DNA from: the human T2T-CHM13v2.0 reference genome, Homo sapiens
Strand: one strand, 5' to 3'
NCBI RefSeq assembly: GCF_009914755.1
Contig: NC_060942.1
DNA: 64,000 nt
The notes beneath the pieces were generated by a model, which worked only from the letters and a program-made list of their open reading frames with translations, was not told the DNA's origin and did no database searches. Both the position numbers and the translations under genes were made by a program. The first letter of the stretch is position 1. Every line of letters begins with the position of its first letter. Shown in pieces: positions 25,601 to 38,808 of this stretch.

Positions 25601-27283
25601 ATTACCTGACTACAAATTATACTACAGGTCTATATTAACCAAAACAGCATGGCATTGACGCATACACCAATGGAATAGAACAGAGAACTCAGAAACAAAT
25701 CCATATATCTACAGTGAACTCATTTTCTACAAAGATGCCAAGAACGTATATTGGAGAAAGGACAATCTTTTCAATAAATAGTCCTGGGAAAATAATTGGA
25801 TATCCACATGCAGAAGAATGAAACTAGACCCTTATCTCTTGCCACATACAGAAATTGAATTAAAATGCATTAAAGACTCAATATAAGACCTGAAACTATG
25901 AAACTATTAAAAGAAAATGTTGAGGAACCTCTCCAAGTCATTGGTCTGGGCAAACATTTCTTGAGTAATATTCCACAAGCACAGACAATCAAAGCAAAAA
26001 TGGGCAAATATTATCACATAAAGTTAAAAAGCCTCTCCACAGCAGAGGAAACAGTCAAAAAAGTGAAGAGACAACCCCAAGAATGGGAGAAAATATTTGC
26101 CAACTATCCATTTGACAAGGGATTGATAATCAGAATCTATAAGTAGCTCAAACAACTGTATAGGGAAAAAAAACTAATAATCCAATTAAAAAATGGGAAA
26201 ATCATCTGAATAGACATTTATCAAAAGACATACAAATGGCAAACAAGTATATGAAAAATTACTCAACATTATTGATCATCAGAGAAATGCAGATTAAAAC
26301 CAAAATGACGTTACATCACATCTTAGTTAAAATGGCATTTTTCCAAAAAACAGGCAATAACAAATGCAGATGACGATGTGAAGAAAACAGAAAACTCTTG
26401 TATACTGTTGGTGTGATGTACATTAGTATGACCACCTTGAAGAACAGTTGGAAGTTTCCTCAAAAATCTAAAAATTTAGCTACCATGTGACCCAGGAATC
26501 CCACTGCTAGGTATATACTCAAAAAAAAGGAAATCAGTATATCTAAAATATATCTGCACTCCCATGTTTATTGAAGCACTATTCACAATAGCCAAGATTT
26601 GGAAGCAACCTATATATCCATCAACAGACAGATGGATAAAGAAAATGTGGTATATATATACACACTGAAGTACTATTCAGTCATTAAAAAGAACGAGACC
26701 CTGCCATTTATAACAACATGGGTGGAACTTGACAGCATTATTTTAAGTGAAATACACCAGGCACAAAAAGACAAATTTTGCAAGTTCTCAGTCATTTGTG
26801 GGAGCTACAAATTAACAATTGAACTCATGGAGATAGAGTAGAATGATGGTTATCAGAGGCTGGGAAGGGCAGTGGGAGTGTGTATGTGTATGTATGGGGG
26901 TGGGGGATGGGGATGGTTAGTGACTATACAAAGATACTTAGAAAGAATGAATAAATTCTAATATTTTATAGCTCAACAGGGTGACTACAATAAACAATAA
27001 TTTAATTGTACCTTTTAAAATAACTAAAATAATATAATCGGATTTTTTTATAACGCAAAGGATTAATGCTTGAGGTGACAGATACTCCATTTACCCTGAT
27101 GTAATTATTATACATTGTATGTCTGTATCAAAATATCTCATGTACCCCATAAACATATTTACCTACTATGTACCCCCCAAAATTAAAAAAAAATTAAAAA
27201 TAATTCTTCTCATCCTTATGTTCTCCATCATTTCTACAATTAAGTATTCTTGATCCATTAAAAAAGGGAAGAGGTTCTCTGTA

Positions 27284-27643
27284 TGTCCTAGTTCATTTGG
27301 GTTGCTATAACAAACTATTATAGACTGTTTATAAATGACAGAAATTTGTTCCCCCAGTCCTAGAGTCTGAGAAATCTAAGATCAAGGTGGTAGTAGGTTC
27401 AATATCTTACGAAGGCCTGTTTTCTGGTTCATAAAGAGCATGTCTTTTCACTGTGTTCTTACCTGGCAGAAAGGGCAAGGGATCTCTCTGGGACCTCTTT
27501 CATAAATGTGTGAATTCCTTTCATAGGTCTCTGCTTTCATGACCTAATTACCTCCTGACAGTACCACTTCCAAATAACATCACAACAGGGGTTAGGATTT
27601 CACAATATAAGTTTTCTGGAGATACAGACATTCAGACTATAGC
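27284..27643 (-). mobile_element. MLT1A-like solo LTR
   Basis: TGTCCTAGTTCATTTGGGTTGCTATAACAAA...ACATTCAGACTATAGCA. Confidence 0.85.
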
Positions 27644-28184
27644 ACCTTGTAATTTACTATCATCAGTTCATCTCATTCACAAAGCTTACAATGGTTGCAA
27701 TATTAAATTTAATTTTGCTGTTATTTTGTCTCCATCTCTCTGCAGTAGGCACTATCAGAGCAGGCACACTGTTTTCTCACTATTTCACTTTGTCACATCT
27801 CGACATGTATTAATTGTTTTATAAGTTACAAATGGATAAATGACATATCTTTATTAGTGGTATCAATTTGGTGCTCCAGTAATGATATTATATTATGTGC
27901 ATCATGAAGAAGGTGGAAAAAAATGGGAACAAAAATTGTCAAAAAAATGATAGAACATATCAATAAAAGGAATGGAAAAACAAATTATTCACTATATAAT
28001 TATACTTTTTAATATGTTAGATAATTAAAGTAACCAGGAAAAGCCAATAAAAATATTAATAAAATATCCCTTGATATATCAACTCTCCACTTTATTAGGA
28101 ATTCCATAATGGCGTTTTTTTATTAGTCAATTTCAACAAAGAAACAAACAACTATAAAACATAATATGAAGATTATAGGACAAA

Positions 28185-28380
28185 GTATCAGAAGACCTTG
28201 GTCCAAATTTTCTCCTACAAGTCATGTGACCTTCAATATTCTTTCTCTTTATGCCTTTTTTTCTTACTTACAAAATGTGGGTAATATTCCCTTTACATTT
28301 ATATAGTAATAAGCAAGTTATATAATGTACATTAGTGCTGCAAATACAGTGTCTCATGCACTCTAAGTACTCAACAAAAA
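28185..28380 (+). mobile_element. MIR relic
   Basis: Degenerate MIR core (TCAGAAGACCTTGG, ATGTGACCTT, CAAAATGTGGGTAATA). Confidence 0.55.
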
Positions 28381-29799
28381 ATGTATATATTAAGTGATAG
28401 TTATATAGTATCCAGAGTAATTGATTCCACCAAAGTCAGGTAAAGACATTTTATTTTAATAGGCATTGATGGGATTGATAATGCAAACATTTCCCCTAGT
28501 TATGCAGGCTATCTCTCCATAGTGCTGGAAACCAGGTTTCTATTTCTCTTACTGATATGCTACCTGCCGTGGTTTCTTCATCTCTAAAGTGAAAATCAGT
28601 GACTGACATTCTCCTAAGCTCAAGTTGAACTTGCTTATCTTTTCTATTTCATGAGGAATGAACTCCATAACAGACATCTAGTAGTATTTTTAGAAGGTGA
28701 CATTTAAATAGTACATGACACTTTCAGGATATTATTATATTCTTATGTAGTGACTTGGCATTGTAGCTATTTTTTAAAAACACTACTATTTTTGGATTAG
28801 ACTTGGGCTTTGAGTTGTTTGAGAACTGTGTACAAACAGATATCAGATGAATTAAAGTCCAGGTTAGTTTCTTATGATTTAAATCTAATAATTATATAAC
28901 ATTTGCGTGAATGAATGAGCTCTGCTAAAATATGTTTATTTCTTCATTTATTTCCTTCATTTTCTGCTACTATTGTATACCTTGCTAATGTATAATTATT
29001 TTTTCCTGACTATATTTTGGGAAAATGCACATACATATACACATACATATATACATACATACATACATACATCTTAGGAACAAAATATCAACTGAATTAC
29101 AAAAGAAGAGAGATATGTAAAAAATCCAGAAAATACCATTTGCTATGAGTAGCAGGAAATGTGAATAGGAAATAAATTACTGTCTTTATAATTTTTATGG
29201 ATAGTACAATTTTCCAATATTATCTGATATTATAATCACTTAGCTCCTTGGCCTGGATAATTAGATCTAGTTTTAGAAAGTACTAATAATAGAAAAAGAA
29301 AAGAATCTGTAGCTGGTTTCAGAGTGTCATTTTGTTACTGTGTACTTTCTATTTAATTCTACAGAAGGTAAGGTCATAAATAGAAAATGCCTTAAAATAC
29401 TCCTAGCTAATAATTTTTATTTATTGCAATAGTTTTAAAGTTCAAAACAACTTTCATACATCCCATCTTCATATTTCTATAATAATTTTATTCATAAGTA
29501 TTCGATAAGGGAGATTTAAATATTATCAAAACTGACATAATAAAAATGTTAAAACCACAGGACAGAATGACAAGATTCAGAGTTCTTAATTAGTCAATAA
29601 AACTGTTCACATTCCTCTTCACAATCCACCTACGTCTCTTTGTGTGTGTGTGTGTCAATACATGTCGAAATTTAAAAAAATACCTTTGACATTTGTAGGT
29701 ATTGTAATGGATGACAATTAGACATTAAAATTCAATAAATAAGCACAATTAAAGCAAAGAAAACTGGAACATATCATTAAAACGCAATACCCTAGCATT

Positions 29800-30560
29800 C
29801 AACTTCTGTCCACTCCTTCTTTGCTTAGCCTTGATGTAGTGGGAGTCTGCAGAATTCTGTCAGCAGTTTTCATCTACTACAGCTTTCACTCCTCTGTGTC
29901 GGTGTTTACATACACTCCCCAACCTTCTCCATATGTCATTGATGCACAAATCTTCTTCTCAAAATCCAAATCATGCCTTGAGCTCCAACTGTTCCTTTCT
30001 AAAAAACCTGTTGAAAATCACTCTATAAAACATCTCCTAGATACCTTAAAGTCAATATGTCAAAAAGTGTTCTAATCAGCTCTCTCCTTTCCCAACAGTG
30101 ACTTTTCCTTTTTGTGCCATAATTTTTTATGAATGGTATGATTATCTAATCATTCAGAAAATCTAAAAAGCAGACAGTTTCATTGAATGGTAGCTCTCCT
30201 TTAACTTCATAAGCAATTCTTCTTTAGTATTTGCAAAAGTAGTAATTCTATATATAATTATTCCATTCATTAATTTATGTAAGTGTATATCATTTGCATA
30301 CACATTTCAGATATTATTCTAGGTGGTTGCATATCAGTATTATGAGCTTACTCTTTAGTGGGGACAGAGAGAAGACAAACTGATAATCAATATAATTAAA
30401 ATCTGTAATATATATGAAGATGATTTTTAATAGTATATTAAGTCTTTTATAAAATGTAGGGTGAAGAAGATTACCACTATACTTTCTGCAAAAGAGAAGG
30501 CATGGTGAGAGAAAATATACTTTTTTAAGGATCAGGAAGATGTTCCTGAAGAAATGATGA
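29800..30560. mobile_element. L2 fragments (+ at ~29800-30150, - at ~30260-30560)
   Basis: Degenerate L2 motifs, e.g. GAGCTTACTCTTTAGTGGGGACAG. Confidence 0.45.
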
Positions 30561-30639
30561 AGAGCCAGAATGATAAGAAAGATTTAAATATATTTTTAAT
30601 GATTATAAGTTAAATTGTTTAAAAGTGGAGGAATAAGCA

Positions 30640-30780
30640 ATTCACTTATCTTTCTGCTAACTCAATTTCCTTATCTTTAAAATGGGTATATAACAACCAT
30701 GTGATTGTGAGAATCAAATAAATTAATGCACATTAAGTGCATCAAAAATATGTGGCATGTGTATTAGTTCATTATATTTA
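30640..30780 (+). mobile_element. MIR relic
   Basis: CTCAATTTCCTTATCTTTAAAATGGGTATAATAAC...GTGAGAATCAAAT. Confidence 0.7.
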
Positions 30781-31118
30781 ATTTATTACCAATATTATTA
30801 TTTAATTACATAATATATAAAAAGCACTATGCACAGTATCACAAAAAATAAAAATGTGTACAGTATATATACTTATGTGTTTTGTGTACATAATTTCAGT
30901 GGTTATCATTCTCCAAGATGAAAAGATTTACATATTCTTGCATTATTTAATGTTTCTTTGAGTCTGTCACAAAGGAATTTTAATTAGAAAACTCTAGCCT
31001 TCATGGTCAGAACCATGATAGTCTAAAAGCAGGACAAGCACAGATAATTCCTAAGAAATGATTTTTTTTAAACTACTAAAATGATATTTCCAAGGTTTCA
31101 AATTAAATCATATTGGCC

Positions 31119-31122
<4 letters not shown>

Positions 31123-31162
<40 letters not shown>
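31123..31162. repeat. (TG)n microsatellite
   Basis: Directly visible. Confidence 0.95.
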
Positions 31163-31165
<3 letters not shown>

Positions 31166-32539
31166 TCAATCCGGTATCACCTGCAATTCTGCTATTGAAA
31201 TAAGAACTTATCTTAAGGCTCTTTTTAAAAAAAATTAATGGTTATGTTCCTGGCCTTTCCATCCATTGGTGTGCCTGTCCATTGTATTAAAGGCCTGGAT
31301 GAATTTATTTATAGCCATAATCTTTTCTTTGGATAATAGCTAAAGCTAATGGTGTATCATTGGTACAACCCTGGCAGTCTATCTTCCTGATTCCTCAGGG
31401 TAGCTATCCCTTGTACCTCATCACTCCATTGGATCTCTAAACAGACATCATCCTTAAAATCCCGTTTGTACCATTTGGATCAGGTCAGGAAGAGTGATAG
31501 CTCTAATCTTCTTGGAGTGATATTATTAATCTTGAGCAGGTGAGCTCCAAGGTACTTTCTCTAACCTATACATTTAGAAAGCAGAAGCTTTAGGGCTGTA
31601 ATGAATAAAGCTAAAATGTAAGCCTGAAGCATAAGGGGAAATGATTGTAAGATTAAGCTGTCCTTTAGGTTTGTGCTTAAACCTTGTTTACTCTGTTGAA
31701 TCAAGAGCTTTAAGAAAACTGAAAAGAGGTATGGAATGGGCTTTCCATCTGAAGAGAATCAAAATATTATTCTGTTGTCAGAGTTATTTATTTTTTTCTC
31801 TAACAGAGTCTGTGTAAAAATCACAGCTAAATAAAATTTAGTCTAATATTCTAAGAATATTTCAATGGCTTTCTGAAGCATTTGTCTTTAATTTGTTCAT
31901 AAACCCGTATCTATAATTGACAAAATAAAGTAACTCATTTGGAGACCAAAATTAAAAGTGAACTTCCTTATTTTTTTCTCTCCTTCACTCCCTTCATAAA
32001 TCATCTGCTTGATGATCTAAATCCATTTCTCCTGCAAACGATAGTTCTTCTGTTATACATATTCACATAGGGGTTAATTCAAGTTTTTATTTTTTCTAAA
32101 TCCTGTATTCACACTCACTAGGAAATCTTTATTTTCAATTACCTTTCAGTGAGTCATAATACGATACTAGTTGAAGCACATACAGATATACAGGGAGTGG
32201 TTACAAATGTTTAAAAGTTTCAAAGTACCTCTTTTGACTACATGTATAAATATTTAAAAGTAATACTTTTTTTAACCTAGGTGCTGTTTTTTCTACTTAT
32301 TAAAATGGCACAGGGTTATTTTGCTTACAGACAGAAATGCATTTTTACAGTGTTCCCATGATTCACTAATCCTACTATCAGGTTTTTATAAGTTACTAGT
32401 TAAGATGGTTATGTGCATTTTGTAAATTGTAAAAAAAATTTAAAAGTTAGACTTCCTATTTGTTTTGCTTGAGTATAGATGGAATGCCTTTAAAAATGTT
32501 GAATCATTCAATATGTTCACATAATATGTGTCTTAATGA

Positions 32540-33125
32540 CCATGAGCTACTGTGTACATTAGCTTCTCTGTAGCTTAGTTTTCTTATTTGTAAAATGGAG
32601 ATCCTAACGTGTATGCATTTTAAGAAACACTTATTGCAACACATTAAATTGCAGATGTTATGCTAAGTGCTTTGCATTAATCTTTTTATCAACTCTCTTG
32701 GCATTGTTTTACATATAAGGAGACTGAGGCATAGAGAAGTTAAGTAACTTTCCAAGCTTATAAATCTATCAAGTAGTAAACATTCAAACCCAGAAAGTAT
32801 AACGTCAAGTCCCAAGTGCTTGAAGTTATGACATTTTGCTGCTGCTTCTCTACCAAATACGGTTTTTAAAAACAAATTACTTCACAGAACAGTGCTCAGA
32901 ATATTGAACTGCCTATATAAGTGTGAATTACTATAATTATTGTCATAATTATTGTGATATTTGTATTTAACCAACAGTTTTCTCATATCTACTCTGTGTC
33001 AGGAATTGTGGAATATTATTGCTATGCTTGGTATTATTAGTAGGTCCACTTTGCAGAAGAGAAAATAAAGGTTCTGAGAATTTAAATTGCTCAAATAGAA
33101 ACAGCAGGAGGCAGACCTAGAATGC
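32540..33125. mobile_element. Cluster of MIR fragments (+ ~32540-32620; - ~32660-32830; - ~32965-33125)
   Basis: MIR cores TTAGTTTTCTTATTTGTAAAATGGAG and GAGACTGAGGCATAGAGAAGTTAAGTAACTT. Confidence 0.65.
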
Positions 33126-33770
33126 AACTTTTTAATTACAATAATGCAGGTTTAAAAGTTCAGAACTAGATTTGTCTCATAATTTTGTAATATCAATGAC
33201 CTTGAAATGAAGCTAGATAATTTTAGTGATTTCAGAAGACTAGAATATTACTTTAAAATCTTCAAAGCAGAAAAGTGGTATAATTAAAGCAAAGAAGGTC
33301 TATGAATACCAGATTAAAAATACACATTTTTTCCAAATATATTAAGACGTAGAGATTATTTAAAAAGAAACTGGTTAGAATTATCATCACAAAGATAAAA
33401 TACGTAACTTGTGGAAAATGTCATGTATGCTATAGCAAAGGAAACCTAAGATAGTTCAGGGGAAGGCGGAAACATGAAACATAAAATATGATAATCATTT
33501 CCCTCCTGGTGCACCTTCTTACGAGAAGAAAACAAGTGGCTTCAATAAGTACTATTGACCCTAGAAAAACACAGGCTTGAACCGTGCAGGTCCGCTTATA
33601 TATGGATTTTCTTTCACCTCTGCCAGCCTTGCAACAGCAAGACCGGCCTCTCCTCTTCTTTGATCTCTTAATCCAATTTAACATGAAGAAAAGGAGGATG
33701 AAGACCTTTATGATGATCAGCTTCCATTTAACGAAGAGTAAATATAATTTCTCTTCCCTATGATTTTCTT

Positions 33771-36508
33771 TTTCTAAAATTAGTAAATTGTATTTGAATA
33801 AATAAATTTGAGTGTATACTTTTATACTTCTCCATCACCTATTTTGTTTTAAATTTTAACTTAATTTCAATTGTTATGTTCAATAGAGGGGGTACATATG
33901 CAGGTTTGGTATATGTATATTGCATCCAAGTAGTAAGTATAGTACCTAACAGGTACTTTTTCAACCCATGCACCACTTCCTTTCTCCCTGCGCCAATCAA
34001 TGGTCAACAGTGTCTATTCTTCTCATGTTTATGCCCATGTGTGCTCAATGTTTAGCAACAACTTATTTTTTTTTAACTTTTATTTTAGGTTTGAGGGTAC
34101 GTGTGCAGGTTTTTAAAAAATTTAATATAAGTTCTGGTATACATGTGCAGGATGTACAGATTTGTTACATACATAAAGATGTGCCATGGTGGTTTGCTGC
34201 ACTTATCAACCCATCACAAGGTATTAAGCCCTGCATGCATTAGCAACAACTTATAAGTGAGACCATGTGGTAGTTTGTTTTCTGGTTCTAAATTTGTTCA
34301 CTTAGAATTGTGGCCTCTAGTTCCATCCATGTTGCTGTAAGGGCCATGATCTCATTCTTTTTTATGGCTGTGTAGTATTCCATGCTGTACATGTACCACA
34401 TTTTCTTTATTCAGTCCACTGTTGATGGGCACATGGATTGATTCCATTTCTTTGCTATTGTGAATAGTGCTGTGATGGACAGATGAGTCCATGTGTCTTT
34501 TCGTATAATAATCTATTTTCTTTTGGGTATATACCCAGTAATGGGATTTCTGGGTCAAATAGTAGTTTAAGTTTTTTGAGAAATGTTGAAACTGCTTACC
34601 ACAGTGGCTAAACTAATTTAGTTTTCCACCGACAGTGGGAATGTAGCCATTCCCTTTTCTCTGTAGCCTCACCAGAATCTGTTGTTTTTTGACTTTTTAA
34701 TAATAGCCATTCTGAATGGTGTGAGATGGTATCTCATTGTTGTTTTGATTTGCATTTCTCTAATAATTAATGATGTTGAGCATGTTTTCATATGTTTGCT
34801 GGCCACTTGTATGTCTTCATTTGAGAAGTGTCTGCTCATTTCCTTTGCCCATTTTTTTAAAGTGGTTATTCATTTTTTGTTTGTCAAGTTGCTTAAGTTA
34901 TGTAAAGATTCTGTATATTAGATTTTGTTGTATGCATAGTTTGTAAATATTTTCTCCCATTCTTTTGGTTTTCTGTTTATTCTATTGTTAGTTTATTTTG
35001 CTTTACAGAAGCTCCTTAGTTTAATTAGGTCCCACTTGTCAAGTTTTGTTTTTGTTCAAATTGCTTTTGGGGACTTAATAAAAAATCATTTGCCAAGGGC
35101 AATGTTGAGAATGCTGTTTCTTAGCTTTTCTTCTAGAATTTTTTTAGTTTGAGGTCTCATATTTAAATCTTTACCTATTTTAAATTAATTTTGTATATGG
35201 TGAAAGGTAAGGATGTAGTTTCATTCTTCTGCATATGGCTAGCCAGTTATTTCAGCACCACTCATTGAATAGGGAGTTCTTTCCTCGTCACTTGTTTTCT
35301 TAGCCTTGTCAAAGATCAGATGGTTGTAAGTGTGTGGCTTTATTTCTGAGGTTTCTATTCTTTTCCATTGGTCTATGTGTCTGTTTTTGTACCAGTACCA
35401 GGCTGTTTTTATTACTATGGCCTTATAATAAAGTTTGAAGTTGGATAGTGTGATGACTCTGGCTTTATCCTTTTTGGTTAGGATTGCTTTGGGTATTAGA
35501 TATCTTTGTTTTTTTTGTTCCATATGAATTTTAGAAAAGTTTTTTTTCTAATTCTGTGAAAAATGGCATTGATATTTTTACATGAACAGCATTTCATCTG
35601 TAAATTATTTATGGAAGTCTGGTCATTTTAACAATATTGATTCTTCCAATCCATGAGCATGAAATGTTTTCAAATTTACTTGTGTCATCTCTGATTTCTT
35701 TTAGCAGTGCTTTGTAGCCTCAAACTAAATGGATTCACAGTTGAATTCTACCAGACAAAAAAACAAGAAATGGTACCCATCCTACTGAAACTATTCCAAA
35801 CTATTGAGGAGGAGGGGCTCCTTTCCTAACTAATTCTATAAGGCCAGCATCACTCTAATACCAAAATTTGGCAGAGACACAATGAAAAAAGGAAACATCA
35901 GGCCTGTATCACTAATGAACATAGACAAAAAAAAATACTCAACAATACTAGCAGACTGAATCCAGCTGCACATCAAAAAGTTAACACAACACAATCAAGT
36001 AGGCTTTATTCCTGGGGTGAAAGGCTGGTTCAACATACAAAATAAATGCCATTTGCCACAAATCAGAGCATTAAAAGCAAAAAAAGAAAAAGAAAAAAAA
36101 TCATCTTTGTAGATGCGGAAAAGTCTTTTGATAAAATTTAATGTTCCTTCATGATAAAAAGCCGTCAACAGACTAGGCATTGAAAGAACATACCTCAAAA
36201 TAATAAAAGCTATTTATAACAAAACCCACAGCCAACATCATATTGAATGGACAAAATCTGGAGCCATTCTACTTGAGAACTGGAGCAAGACAAGGATGTC
36301 CACTCTCACCAGTCCTAGTCAACATTTTACTGGAAGTATTAGGTAGAACAATGAGGTAAGATTAATAAATAACAGGCATTCCATTAGGAAAAGAAGTCAA
36401 ACTATTACTCTTCACTGATGATATGATTGTATACTTAGAAAATCCTGAAGACTCCACCAATAAACTAAATGCTTAGAAATATAGCTAACCAAGGAGGTGA
36501 AAGAACTT
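33771..36508 (-). mobile_element. 5'-inverted (twin-primed) L1PA13-16-like insertion; antisense 33845-35717, sense 35718-36508
   Basis: The strand switches at ~35718. TSD TATGAT(T/A)TTCTT at 33759-33770 and 36509-36520. Confidence 0.88.
34067..34239 (-). mobile_element. Short L1PA8-like 3' end plus a second L1 3'-end stub within one TSD
   Basis: Perfect TSD TTAGCAACAACTTAT at 34052-34066 and 34240-34254. Confidence 0.88.
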
Positions 36509-36596
36509 TATGATATTCTTAATAACATTATGTTTCATATAGCTTACTTTATTGTAAGAACACAGTGTATAATACAAATAAAATATAATATATGTG

Positions 36597-36934
<338 letters not shown>

Positions 36935-37169
36935 TTATCAGTGAGGCATCTATACCATAGGCTATTGTTAGGTTTTTGGTAATTCAAAAATTATATGTAG
37001 ATTTTCAGTTGCACAGGGGTCGGTGCTGCTAACCTCATGTTGTTCAAGGGTGAACTTTTATTTATTATTTTTACAACTTGCATAATTCAAATAAAAATGA
37101 AGGTGCTTTGGTATGCTTAGACAACGTTTCTATGTCCCTTTTTTAAAAGCATATCTTCTGAGCTATGCC

Positions 37170-38805
37170 TGTTTATATTTACTGTGTTACATTTGGATTC
37201 ATTTCTACCAAGTAATATTATGTCTCATAATTGGTTATGTCTTATTTCTTGTTATATATCTTCCTTTGGATTTATTGTAGTTTATTTTCCAGTAATTTTC
37301 TCCCTACTGGTTTTAAAATTACACACTTATATGCTATTCTTTAAAAACTTCTCTTGGGCTTTTATAATGCATATTTTATGTAATAAGGCTTAAAGTTCGG
37401 AAATATTTCTAACTTTTTTCCTGAAAACACAAGACTTAAAAACCTTTCTACTCCATTCACCTACCCCTAGCTTGAATGTTCCTGTTGTTCACTATTTTTG
37501 ATCTGTTTAATAACACCATGTGCTGTAACATATGTTTTATTGAATGATGATATAGATAGAGAAAAGTGCACAAATCTTCACGTTTTTAGCTCAGTGCACA
37601 TTGCAAAGTGAACACATTTATATAAGCGGTATCCAGAAACCCCACTATGAGGTCTATATCCAGCATTTTATTTTGAACTCAACACATCATTATTATTTTA
37701 TAAGTTGGTAGAGATTGTTTAGGCTCTAGTCATTTCCCATTTAAATATTTTCCTTCTCCAATTGCTATGAACTGTCTATGGGAATTCTAATCAGAGAAAT
37801 ATGCTAACTTTCCCATTATTTCTTTTTCTTCTGCTTTTATATATATAATATATATATTTTACAAATTCTTGTCTTACAGCATTTGCACTCTTAAACTATT
37901 AAAAACTTTTAAAGAAAGTAAATTCATTACTGCCATAAAATTATAAAACGAATACATCAAAGATTTTATTTAAGGTATTTATTAACTAAGTATGTACTCA
38001 ATAAGGTATTAAAAACTAGTTCAAAGGAGAATTTAACACACAAGCAAAGAAAATTAAAAATGCTCAAAAGTATTTACTAATTGACAGAAAACTGGCCAAT
38101 ATACACAGGGCAATAATAAATTGTACCCCAAAACCTATTTGCATTTCTATGAAGTAATTTTCATTTCTAATAGTTAACATTAACTTACAGAGTTATACAA
38201 AAGCATAAAGGTGATGAAAGAAAGGGGTCAATAATCTGGGAAAGTCTGCTAGACAGGACACCCAGTGATAATTTTTGCTCATTTCAATGACTTTTAAATT
38301 TATCCTGACATTATGACATAAGCAGAAAGTGTTTAAAAAGAAATGTCAAATGAAAGATGAAGAGGAAGGAGGAGGAGGCAGAAAGGAGGAGAATAGTAAA
38401 ATAACAATTGCCAATTAAGTCTGAAATAATAAATGCAAATGCATTAGTTAGCCTCACAAATCCCCCAAAAAAACCCCAAACAACAATACAAAAAATGAGA
38501 GCTTAAAGGTAGATTGTTATATCAGATTTTAAAAATCTAGCTGTGTGCAGTTTACAAGAGAAATACCTAAATCTAAAGAACTAAAACAAAAAGAAGAATG
38601 AAGTTTGAAGACTAAAATATAATAAATCATGAGAACCCTAATGAAAAATTAGATAGCTAATTTAATTCCTGAAAAAACAGACTATAAATTTAATAAATAG
38701 TTTAAATAGAGGGATAGAGAATAAAAAATGTGTAACCAGGAATGAATAACGATTTAAAATTTATAGTTTCTGGTAAAACACTTTTAATCTACATAAAGTG
38801 GAAAT
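37170..38805. mobile_element. Very old L1ME-like fragments (- ~37170-37760; + ~37900-38805, ORF2 start)
   Basis: Degenerate EN-region motifs AAATGCAAATGCATTA and CTGTGTGCAGTTTACAAGAGA. Confidence 0.5.
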
Positions 38806-38808
38806 TTT

